From: Bacteriovoracaceae bacterium
Lineage (GTDB): Bacteria; Bdellovibrionota; Bacteriovoracia; Bacteriovoracales; Bacteriovoracaceae
DNA: 31,530 nt
NCBI GenBank assembly: GCA_041586955.1
Contig: JBFGZE010000029.1
Coordinates: 1 to 31,530 of the forward strand
Direction of reading: 5' to 3'
The position numbers and the translations under genes were made by a program. Below, piece after piece: positions 16,350-24,500 of the stretch. The notes under the pieces were generated by a model that was not told the DNA's origin, searched no databases, and was given only the letters and a program-made list of their open reading frames with translations. The number at the start of each line of letters is the position of its first letter. The first letter of the stretch is position 1.

Positions 16350-17467
16350 TATGAGATTTCCATTTCAAAGAGGCGATAGGTCTTATCTGGGCTGGCCCCC
16401 ATCCTCATAATGGGTTTGATCATATTGACATTATCTTCAAGGATCCAAGATAGTTCGGCATCTTGATAACGAAATTCACGGAGAGTCTTATGCATTTTGC
16501 TGTAGAGAAGCGTTTCTAGGCCATAGCGACGAAATTTTTGTTTCACGCCAAGAGTAATCACGCGGCAGCGGTTAATATATTTTTTAGGCCGTAGGAGTTT
16601 GAAAATACCAGTGGGGAGAAGCTTCCCGGAGGGAATCTCTTTCATGACTTGATTAAAGTCTGGTAGACATATGATAAAACCAGCGGGCTCATTATCAACA
16701 TAGACAATATTTATTAGGCGCTCATCGATGATCATTTTGAGATCTTGGGCGGTGTGCAGGAACTCTTCATCAGTCATAGGAACAAAGCCCCAATTCTTTT
16801 CCCAGGCATTATTATAAATTTCGTGCAGGATTTTAATCTCCTCTTCCCAATTCTTTTTAATGACATGGCGGTAAGTGATGTTTTTGGTTTTCTCTGTCCG
16901 CTCCGCAATTTTACGAATTATCTCGGGCATCTGAAAGTCCAAGTCTAAACGAAAGGCGATCAGATCTTTCGCTTTGGTAAACCCATAGGATTCCAAGAAA
17001 TCGCGGTGAAAAGGCTTATTATAAAGCATCATAATTTGGGGAGGATCATCATATCCATCAATGAGGGTACCCACTTCGTAATTAGTTGATGGATTGACCG
17101 GACCTAAAATCGTGGTCTTACCCTGGGCCTTTAAATAGGCCGAAACAGCATCGAAGAGTGCTTTGGCAACTATTTGGTCTTCAATACTTTCGAAGAAGCC
17201 AAAAAAGCCTGTTTGATCACTGTGAAACTGATTATATTTTTCATTGGTGATGGCGCTTATCCGGCCGACAGGTTTATTGTTCTGGTAGGCGAGGAAGGAA
17301 TGGATTTTCCCGGTTTGAAAAAAGGGATGACTCTTTTTAAAGAGATCTTTGACCGCCATTTTGAGAGGTGGTACCCAAGGACTATCTTGATCGTAGAGGC
17401 TCCAGGGAAGATCGATAAAGGTATTGAGGTCTTTCTTACTAATAACCGGACGAACTTCTACGGACAT
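16349..17467 (-). CDS. bcerS: Double-GNAT N-acyltransferase, probable bacterial ceramide synthase
   Basis: FIDLPWSLY..D..WVPPL, VGRISA, GFFGFFE, GPVNPSTN.E.G.L..G, YN.AWEKNWGFVP, LPDFNQ, ELSWILEDN: signature of the bCerS (YghO-like) family. Lies immediately downstream of spt. Confidence 0.85.
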   Translation of the reverse strand: MSVEVRPVISKKDLNTFIDLPWSLYDQDSPWVPPLKMAVKDLFKKSHPFFQTGKIHSFLAYQNNKPVGRISAITNEKYNQFHSDQTGFFGFFESIEDQIVAKALFDAVSAYLKAQGKTTILGPVNPSTNYEVGTLIDGYDDPPQIMMLYNKPFHRDFLESYGFTKAKDLIAFRLDLDFQMPEIIRKIAERTEKTKNITYRHVIKKNWEEEIKILHEIYNNAWEKNWGFVPMTDEEFLHTAQDLKMIIDERLINIVYVDNEPAGFIICLPDFNQVMKEIPSGKLLPTGIFKLLRPKKYINRCRVITLGVKQKFRRYGLETLLYSKMHKTLREFRYQDAELSWILEDNVNMIKPIMRMGASPDKTYRLFEMEIS

Positions 17468-17480
17468 ATTTGACTCTCAA

Positions 17481-18683
17481 TTAATTAACATTTCCTGGAA
17501 TATCAAATTTCTTTTTGGCCAAAGCGAATACTTCAAGAACTTTGGTCAGCTCTTCTTTTTGATGAGTGGCCATATAGCTGGTACGGATGAGTGCCTCACC
17601 TTTAGGAACAGCAGGACTGACAACTGGAGTGGCAAATATACCATTTTCAAAAAGAAATTGGGTGACCATCATCGATTTAATATCGTCACCAATAAAAATA
17701 GGGATTATTGGAGTTTTTGAATGATAGGTAAAAAAGCCAATTTCTTTAAAGCCTTGACGCATAAATTCGACGTTATCCCATAATCTTTGATGAATAGTTC
17801 CATCTTGGGCAATGACGTCAAGACAGGCCGAAACCGTCGCAACGGCCGATGGTGGCATCGCTGCTGAAAACATAAAACTTCTGGCCGAATGCTTAATATA
17901 ATCGATTAGATCTGAGTTACCACTGATGACGCCACCGATAGAGGCAAATGATTTTGAAAATGTTCCCATATTAATGGTGACATCTTTTGTAACATTGAAG
18001 TGATCCATAGTACCACGACCGCGATCACCCATTACGCCAATACCATGGGCATCGTCGACATAGAGATGGGCGCCATACTTTTTGGCCAAGGCCACGACCT
18101 CAGGTAATTTGGCAATATCTCCGGTCATAGAGAAGACACCATCAGTGACGATGGTAACATTGGTAAAACGGTTAACCGTTTGTTCCAATTGTTCTTCAAG
18201 GGATTCCATATCGTTATGCTTATATTTAAAAGTTGGTCCGAGTGCCAAGCGGCTGGCGTCGATAATCGAGGCGTGATTTTCAGAATCAAAAAGAAGGCAA
18301 TCTTTAGGCCCACAAATACAGGGAATGGCCCCTAAGTTGGACTGCATGCCAGTGGCAAATACGATGGCCTTTTCATGACCTAAATAATTGGCCAATTTTT
18401 CTTCTAATTCTTCGTGTAGGATAAGGTTACCGTTAAGAAAACGCGATCCTGTACATCCAGTGCCATAGGTATCAATCGCCTTTTTCGCTTGCTCAACCAC
18501 ATAAGGGTGATGAGTAAGGCCAAGGTAGTTATTGGAGCCAATCATAATTTGTGGTTTGCCGTCGACTTGAACGACTGTCCCTTCAGAGTTCTCAATGGCC
18601 CGGAAGAAAGGGTATAGGTCTTTCTGCTTAAGTAAATTGGCCCTTTGAATCATTTTATGGCCACGAAGCGTTTCTACCATCAT
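17481..18683 (-). CDS. spt: Serine palmitoyltransferase (alpha-oxoamine synthase family)
   Basis: YPFFRAI, GSNNYLGL, GTGCTGSRFLNG, NHASIIDA, DGVFSM, DDAH, PLP-Lys motif GTFSKS (SPT-type), SFMFSA. Recalled as very similar to B. stolpii SPT. Start placed at ATG 18683 behind GGTGA rather than TTG 18737. Confidence 0.93.
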   Translation of the reverse strand: MMVETLRGHKMIQRANLLKQKDLYPFFRAIENSEGTVVQVDGKPQIMIGSNNYLGLTHHPYVVEQAKKAIDTYGTGCTGSRFLNGNLILHEELEEKLANYLGHEKAIVFATGMQSNLGAIPCICGPKDCLLFDSENHASIIDASRLALGPTFKYKHNDMESLEEQLEQTVNRFTNVTIVTDGVFSMTGDIAKLPEVVALAKKYGAHLYVDDAHGIGVMGDRGRGTMDHFNVTKDVTINMGTFSKSFASIGGVISGNSDLIDYIKHSARSFMFSAAMPPSAVATVSACLDVIAQDGTIHQRLWDNVEFMRQGFKEIGFFTYHSKTPIIPIFIGDDIKSMMVTQFLFENGIFATPVVSPAVPKGEALIRTSYMATHQKEELTKVLEVFALAKKKFDIPGNVN

Positions 18684-18813
18684 GCGGGGTATCTCACCGT
18701 TAAAATTTAAAAAATATAATAGGAAATGAGATACCAAGGAGGGAAGTAACCAGTCAAGTTGATTGGGTATTTGATGACATTTTTATTATGGCTCTTGCTA
18801 TTAGCGTCATTAA

Positions 18814-19551
18814 CTAGGGAGAGGCGAATTTCTTCCGGATTTCCTCAGCGCGGGCCTCGGCATTAATCTGCTTAAAAAGCTCTTCCTCAGTGTCTTTGGG
18901 CATATTGATGAATGATAGGCCAACCTTCACCCTTTCGTAGGGATTTCCTTGTTCGTCGTTTTTTTCCCATGTCCGAACGACCTTGGCCTGAGTAATCGTG
19001 AATTTTTGCCGCATAAAGCGTAATACGCAATTTTCGAGAATGCGGCCTTTGGAGAATTCATCAAGCCGGTCATTGTCAACGAGGATAGAGGTCCCTCCGG
19101 CAGAGATATCTAAACCATCAAAAACCTCGCCTTCAATTTTTATTTGAATTTTAATGATATGAGACGCGCTTAGGCGGTAATTGGACCTTTGCTGGGAAAT
19201 ATAGACCATTTCGCCTAGTTTGAAAAGGTAAGTCCTTGTTTCTTTGTCAAAACGGAGAATTCCAGTAGTGAAGTAATTAATTTTTTGATTATCGAATTTG
19301 AGGCAGACATCCTTATTAATCAGGTTGCTCGACATGATCTTTTTGAGAAGGCCTCCCTTCGGCTTAAGAGCGAGTTCGCGCTCTTTGATACTTTGAATAT
19401 CAAAGGTTTCTACATCTTGTTCTGGCCGGCCTTTGGCCCAAAGATTAATCTCTGCGGCATGTGCGCTCAATTTATTGCAAAATGAATCGAACTCTTCAGG
19501 GTTACATTCCTTAAAATAATGTCTTTGATTGGGGTCATCACTAATGGCCAC
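18814..19551 (-). CDS. PilZ-domain (c-di-GMP receptor) protein, YcgR-like architecture
   Basis: QQRSNYR (RxxxR) and DISAGG (DxSxxG), C-terminal VGLSF; SD GAGGAG and GTG start. Confidence 0.88.
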   Translation of the reverse strand: MAISDDPNQRHYFKECNPEEFDSFCNKLSAHAAEINLWAKGRPEQDVETFDIQSIKERELALKPKGGLLKKIMSSNLINKDVCLKFDNQKINYFTTGILRFDKETRTYLFKLGEMVYISQQRSNYRLSASHIIKIQIKIEGEVFDGLDISAGGTSILVDNDRLDEFSKGRILENCVLRFMRQKFTITQAKVVRTWEKNDEQGNPYERVKVGLSFINMPKDTEEELFKQINAEARAEEIRKKFASP

Positions 19552-19740
19552 GCCGCACTCCTCTCTTCGCTAGATCATAATTATAGCAAAATCTAGAATT
19601 TAAAAGAAGAGTATTCTCCACAAAGATGAGCTAAGTTATGGAAAAGAGTTACGGCATGATGCAGGAAAAAGCCGCTTAAGCTTGCCTGAGTCCAACTTTT
19701 CTATTAGTTTGTTGACTTTCTAATTTATGAGGTAACGATA

Positions 19741-22383
19741 ATGAAAGATGCAACTCCCCAACCAATTTATTTAAAAGACTATGTGGCCCCTGACTATCTG
19801 ATCAAGACCATTGATTTAGTTTTTGAATTGGATGATACGCGGACTCAGGTCTATTCAACTATGAAGCTGATTCGTCAGGTCGATAATACCAATACCTCTT
19901 TAAAATTAAATGGTGAAAACCTGATTTTAAAATCCATCAAAATTGATGGCGAATTATTGGCCGAAGACCGCTATGAGGAAGAGGAAGAGTTTTTAACCCT
20001 CCATCATCTACCTCAAGAATTTACTCTTGAAATTCATAATGAAATTAATCCAGAGGAAAATAAGGCACTCGATGGCCTATATAAATCAGGTAATATTTTT
20101 TGCTCGCAAAATGAGCCTGAAGGTTTTCGTCGTATAACTTATTACCTTGATCGTCCTGATGTCATGGCAAAGTTTACGACAAAAATTATTGGCGATAAAA
20201 AACTTTACCCCATCCTTCTTTCCAATGGAAACCCTATCGACAGTGGCGATTTGGAAGGTGGTAAACATTTTGTGACGTGGGAAGATCCCTTTAAAAAACC
20301 GGCTTACCTTTACGCACTCGTGGCGGGTGACTTAGGTGAGGTGAAAGACACTTATACCACTATGAGTGGCCGTGAAATCGATTTACGTATTTATTGTGAT
20401 AAAGGTAATGAGGATAAATGCGGCCATGCCATGTTATCCCTCAAAAATTCAATGAAATGGGACGAAGATACTTTTGGCCTTGAGTATGATTTGGATATCT
20501 ATATGATTGTTGCTGTGGACTCGTTTAATATGGGCGCCATGGAAAATAAAGGTTTGAATATTTTTAACTCGGCCTATGTTTTGGCCAAACAAGATACTGC
20601 TAGTGATAATGATTATCTGGGAATTGAAGGTGTGGTTGGCCATGAGTATTTCCATAATTGGACAGGTAACCGAATTACTTGCCGTGATTGGTTTCAATTA
20701 ACTTTGAAGGAAGGGCTAACTGTTTATCGCGACCAAGAGTTTTCAGCAGATATGAATCAGAGAACCGTGAAGAGAATTGAAGATGTCGCAGGACTTCGTG
20801 GCCATCAATTTGTTGAGGATGCTGGACCGACAGGCCATCCAATTAAGCCCTCAAGCTATATTGAAATGAATAATTTTTATACTGCAACGGTTTATGAAAA
20901 AGGATCTGAAGTGATTCGCATGATCCGTACCTTTCTTGGTAAAGAAGGTTTCCGTAAGGGCATGGATAAATATTTTGAGTTATTTGATGGACAAGCGGTT
21001 ACTACCGAGGACTTCCTCCATGCTATGAGTGTCGCCAATAATAATTTTGATTTTACTCAATTTAAAAATTGGTATTCACAAGCAGGAACACCGGTTTTAA
21101 AGATTGAAAGTTCTTATCATTCCGAAAAGCAAGAACTAACACTTAAAGTATCTCAATCTTGTCCCGCTACGCCAGAGGCAGACATTAAAAAGCCTTTTCA
21201 TATGCCTTTGGGGCTAGGTCTTCTCGCAAGAGATGGCCAAGATATACCTTTGGTATTAAATGGTAATCATTCTCAACCTCAGCTGGAAGAGGGAATTTTA
21301 CATCTGACTAAAAAGAGTGAAGAGTTTGTTTTTAAAAATGTGAATGAGAGTCCTATCCTTTCTGTTAACCGTGGCTTTATGGCCCCAGTTAAAATTGAAA
21401 TGGAGCAAAGCTTTGCCAATTTGGCCTTCATTATGGCCAATGATAATGACGAATTTAATCGCTTTGAAGCAGGTCAAATCCTGGCCAAAGAGACGATTAA
21501 AGGGTTCGTTGAAACTGATAAAACCGAGTGGTCAATCGATGCCATATATCTTGAGGCCTATGGCTCCTTATTAAGTGATGAGACATTGGATGATTCTTTT
21601 AAGGCCCTCTGTATGGAAATCCCTGAAGAATCTATTCTCCACCAAATGTTTGATGTCATTGATTTTCAAAAGGTACATGATGCTCGTGAATTTTTGTTAA
21701 ACACCCTTTCCAGCAAGTATGAAAAGGCGTTTATTCATCTTTACGAAAGTAAAAAAGATGAAGGAGAGTTTAAAGTTGATGCTCCTTCCATCGGGAGGCG
21801 TTCATTAAAAAATACTTGTCTTAGGCGAATGTCTGCAACCCAAAAAGATGAGATATTGGCCATTTGTGAACAACAATTTAATAACGCCACTAATATGACC
21901 GATGAAATTTCGGCCTTAGGTAACATTATTTTTGATTTTCCACAAAAGGCAGCAACTGCTGTCAATAAATTTTACCAGAAGTGGAAGCACGAAACACTTG
22001 TTATGCAAAAATGGTTGGGGATTCAGGCGGCGGCGGCCGACGATAGTACTTATGAGCGGGTTCTCGAATTGGAAAAGACTGATGTCTATGACAAAACCGT
22101 TCCTAATCTTTTCCGTTCTCTATGGGGTGCTTTTTCCCGCAATTATGTGCAATTTCACCATCCTACTGGACGTGGTTATAAGCTTGTGGCGGATCGAGTG
22201 ATCGAATTAGATAAACTTAATCCACAAATTGCTTCCCGTATTGTAGGCGCCTATAGAGATTATAAGAAATTGATGCCTGGCCAAAAGACGTTAATGAAAA
22301 CGGAAATTGACCGTATTCTAGGCACTAAAGATCTCTCTAAAAATACTTACGAAATTATCAGTAAGATTGCTGGGGATCAGTAA
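19741..22383 (+). CDS. pepN: Aminopeptidase N (M1)
   Basis: IYLKDY, QNEPEGFRRITY, GAMENKGLN, HEYFHNWTGNRITCRDWFQL.LKEG, NNFYTATVYEKG, LDKLNPQIASR. Confidence 0.98.
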   Translation: MKDATPQPIYLKDYVAPDYLIKTIDLVFELDDTRTQVYSTMKLIRQVDNTNTSLKLNGENLILKSIKIDGELLAEDRYEEEEEFLTLHHLPQEFTLEIHNEINPEENKALDGLYKSGNIFCSQNEPEGFRRITYYLDRPDVMAKFTTKIIGDKKLYPILLSNGNPIDSGDLEGGKHFVTWEDPFKKPAYLYALVAGDLGEVKDTYTTMSGREIDLRIYCDKGNEDKCGHAMLSLKNSMKWDEDTFGLEYDLDIYMIVAVDSFNMGAMENKGLNIFNSAYVLAKQDTASDNDYLGIEGVVGHEYFHNWTGNRITCRDWFQLTLKEGLTVYRDQEFSADMNQRTVKRIEDVAGLRGHQFVEDAGPTGHPIKPSSYIEMNNFYTATVYEKGSEVIRMIRTFLGKEGFRKGMDKYFELFDGQAVTTEDFLHAMSVANNNFDFTQFKNWYSQAGTPVLKIESSYHSEKQELTLKVSQSCPATPEADIKKPFHMPLGLGLLARDGQDIPLVLNGNHSQPQLEEGILHLTKKSEEFVFKNVNESPILSVNRGFMAPVKIEMEQSFANLAFIMANDNDEFNRFEAGQILAKETIKGFVETDKTEWSIDAIYLEAYGSLLSDETLDDSFKALCMEIPEESILHQMFDVIDFQKVHDAREFLLNTLSSKYEKAFIHLYESKKDEGEFKVDAPSIGRRSLKNTCLRRMSATQKDEILAICEQQFNNATNMTDEISALGNIIFDFPQKAATAVNKFYQKWKHETLVMQKWLGIQAAAADDSTYERVLELEKTDVYDKTVPNLFRSLWGAFSRNYVQFHHPTGRGYKLVADRVIELDKLNPQIASRIVGAYRDYKKLMPGQKTLMKTEIDRILGTKDLSKNTYEIISKIAGDQ

Positions 22384-22389
22384 TGATTG

Positions 22390-22417
22390 AGCACTCCACT
22401 TTGAGGGGTGCTTTTTT
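22390..22417 (+). terminator. Rho-independent terminator of pepN
   Basis: AGCACTCC...GGGGTGCT stem followed by TTTTT. Confidence 0.8.
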
Positions 22418-22498
22418 AACTTCAATTGATCAGGATTAACTTTGGCCTGGCCAAAGAAATAGGGAATAATTATATTTTTAAATCAAGGAGGAGTCTTC

Positions 22499-22783
22499 GT
22501 GAAAAAAGCGATTATTGGCCTCATTGGAATAACTTCTCTTTTAACATTTGCAGCACCGAATCCCAATGATTGTGATGTCGCCGTCGACTTTCTCGTGCGC
22601 AATGCTAAAGTTTTGGCCACCGCAGAAATAGAACTTAAGGCATTGGAAGAAAAAAAGGAAAGGAAAAAAGAGGATATAGTCCTGCAAACCAAGAGAACTC
22701 AAAAATCCTTTGCTAAATTATTAATCGAATCGAAGGAGTTAGTGAAGGCCAAGTGCTCACTCCAAGAGTTTGGCCAACTCTAA
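22499..22783 (+). CDS. Small exported helical hypothetical protein
   Basis: SD AGGAGG and GTG start; signal MKKAIIGLIGITSLLTFA; two Cys flank a charged coiled-coil-like region. Confidence 0.7.
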   Translation: MKKAIIGLIGITSLLTFAAPNPNDCDVAVDFLVRNAKVLATAEIELKALEEKKERKKEDIVLQTKRTQKSFAKLLIESKELVKAKCSLQEFGQL

Positions 22784-23185
22784 TTGATAACTATACCGTA
22801 ATATTTTTAAAGTACCAAGGCCTTGTCGGTCTTGAACCATTATCAGGCAAGAGCCCTCGTCGGCCTCTATTGCGGTTAAAATGCGAATCAGATATTTGAC
22901 CATGCCTGAATACGTCTGCTCTTTTTCTGGAATATTGAGTGGATTAGGTGCAATGGGACGAATGGAATCAACACGGCAGTCAGCGCGATTATCGATAGGT
23001 GGAATGATTAATGTCGGTGGTAGGGCCTCTCTTAAGTCTCTTTGCCAATATTCTACGGTAAACTCAAAACCCTGCTCAATACCACTCCCTTTGATTTCTT
23101 CATAAAATTGATCTCCACCTTGGATGAAATAGGCCGGTAGAGACAGATTAAAGAACAAAAATAAAATAAAACAAAGGGACTTCAT
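22757..23185 (-). CDS. Exported hypothetical protein
   Basis: SD AAGGAG before ATG 23185 (MKSLCFILFLFFNLSLPA signal); two Cys in the mature part; 27-nt convergent overlap with the neighbour. Confidence 0.65.
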   Translation of the reverse strand: MKSLCFILFLFFNLSLPAYFIQGGDQFYEEIKGSGIEQGFEFTVEYWQRDLREALPPTLIIPPIDNRADCRVDSIRPIAPNPLNIPEKEQTYSGMVKYLIRILTAIEADEGSCLIMVQDRQGLGTLKILRYSYQLELAKLLE

Positions 23186-23234
23186 AAGGATCTCCTTTTG
23201 AGGGTGGGAACGTTCTACCATAAAAAGAGGTCAT

Positions 23235-23266
23235 AAAAAAAAAAAGGTGCCAGAGTCTGGCACCTT
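23235..23266 (-). terminator. Rho-independent terminator of fbaA
   Basis: AAGGTGCCAGA/TCTGGCACCTT inverted repeat with a long T-tract on the minus strand. Confidence 0.88.
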
Positions 23267-23274
23267 AAATAAGT

Positions 23275-24300
23275 TTAAAGAAGAATAGATTTACCATCGG
23301 ACTTAAGATCCTTAATGGATTTTATGACTCTCTCTGTCATGCTGTTTTCGGCCTTTTTTGACCAAACTCGTGGGTCATAATGCTTTTTGGATCCAACTTC
23401 ACCTTCCACCTTAAGGACTTGATCATAATTTTTGAGCATATGATCAACAACAGGGCGGCAATAAGCATATTGGGTATCGGTATCGACATTCATTTTGATA
23501 ACTCCATAACCTAGAGTTTCATGAATTTCATGCAGCTCAGAGCCTGAGCCTCCGTGAAAGACAAGGTAATGAGTGGCCTCTTTTCCTAATTCTTTTTCGA
23601 CTGCCTCTTGACCGAGTTTAAGGATTTCTGGTTTGAGTTTTACGTTTCCTGGTTTATAAACACCATGAACATTGCCGAATGTCGCGGCATACATGAATTT
23701 ACCTATCGGCCCCAATTCTCTAGCGATTTGAACCATTTCATCAGCAGTGGTGTAGAGCTTATCAGCTGGGGTGTCCTCATTATTAACACCATCTTCTTCA
23801 CCTCCAACAACACCAGTTTCTACTTCCAGGATAATTTCACTGGCGGCACAGCGGGTGAGAAGTTCTTTTGAAATCCGAATATTTTCGCTGAGAGGTAATT
23901 CTGAACCGTCGAACATATGAGAATTGAAGAGGTTTTTAAGGCCCATTTTACGGCGCTTTTCTGTTTCTTCGATGAGCGGAATCATGAAAGAATCAACGTA
24001 TTGAGGGTGACAATGGTCTGTGTGAAGAGCGATACAAACATCAAGCTTTTCAGCAATTAAATGGACGTGTTGGGCGAGGGAGATGGCCCCTGTTGCCATA
24101 TCATTCACTGTTTGGCCGGAAGCAAATTTACCACCACCTGTAGAGACTTGAATGATGCCATCAGACTTCATATCTGCAAAGGCCTTTAAGGCCGCATTGG
24201 CAGTTGAGGTACTTGTGACGTTAATGGCAGTATAGGCATAGCCGCCATTGCGTGCCGAGTCGAGCATTTGACAATATTGTTCATGAGTGGCAATTGGCAT
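23275..24300 (-). CDS. fbaA: Class II fructose-bisphosphate aldolase
   Basis: ALHTDHC, FNSHMFDGS, GVVGGEEDGV, TFGNVHGVYKPGNVKL, VFHGGSGS, KMNVDTD, YDPRVW. Confidence 0.96.
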   Translation of the reverse strand: MPIATHEQYCQMLDSARNGGYAYTAINVTSTSTANAALKAFADMKSDGIIQVSTGGGKFASGQTVNDMATGAISLAQHVHLIAEKLDVCIALHTDHCHPQYVDSFMIPLIEETEKRRKMGLKNLFNSHMFDGSELPLSENIRISKELLTRCAASEIILEVETGVVGGEEDGVNNEDTPADKLYTTADEMVQIARELGPIGKFMYAATFGNVHGVYKPGNVKLKPEILKLGQEAVEKELGKEATHYLVFHGGSGSELHEIHETLGYGVIKMNVDTDTQYAYCRPVVDHMLKNYDQVLKVEGEVGSKKHYDPRVWSKKAENSMTERVIKSIKDLKSDGKSILL

Positions 24301-24500
24301 CTTTTTTATCTCCTTACTTTAGTTCAAAACGTTGCTATTAAACCTTAAAAGTTCATTATTGACTAGATTTCAGTGGTCTTGCACGGTGCGTATTTTGTAA
24401 AAAATTACTTTTCTCATTAAAATAAGGATGCTTCAATTGTCGATTGGGGCGAAATATGATTAATTGTTCTTTCGGAGTAAATGAATAGATAGAGGTACTT

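Noticed and set aside
17481..18683. bioF (AONS) or kbl as alternative calls for the alpha-oxoamine synthase
   Set aside because: GTFSKS and YPFFR motifs, direct adjacency to bCerS- and CerR-like genes, and no bio or tdh genes nearby.
18684..18737. N-terminal extension of Spt from TTG 18737
   Set aside because: No SD for the TTG, whereas GGTGA precedes ATG 18683. A slightly longer N-terminus cannot be fully excluded.
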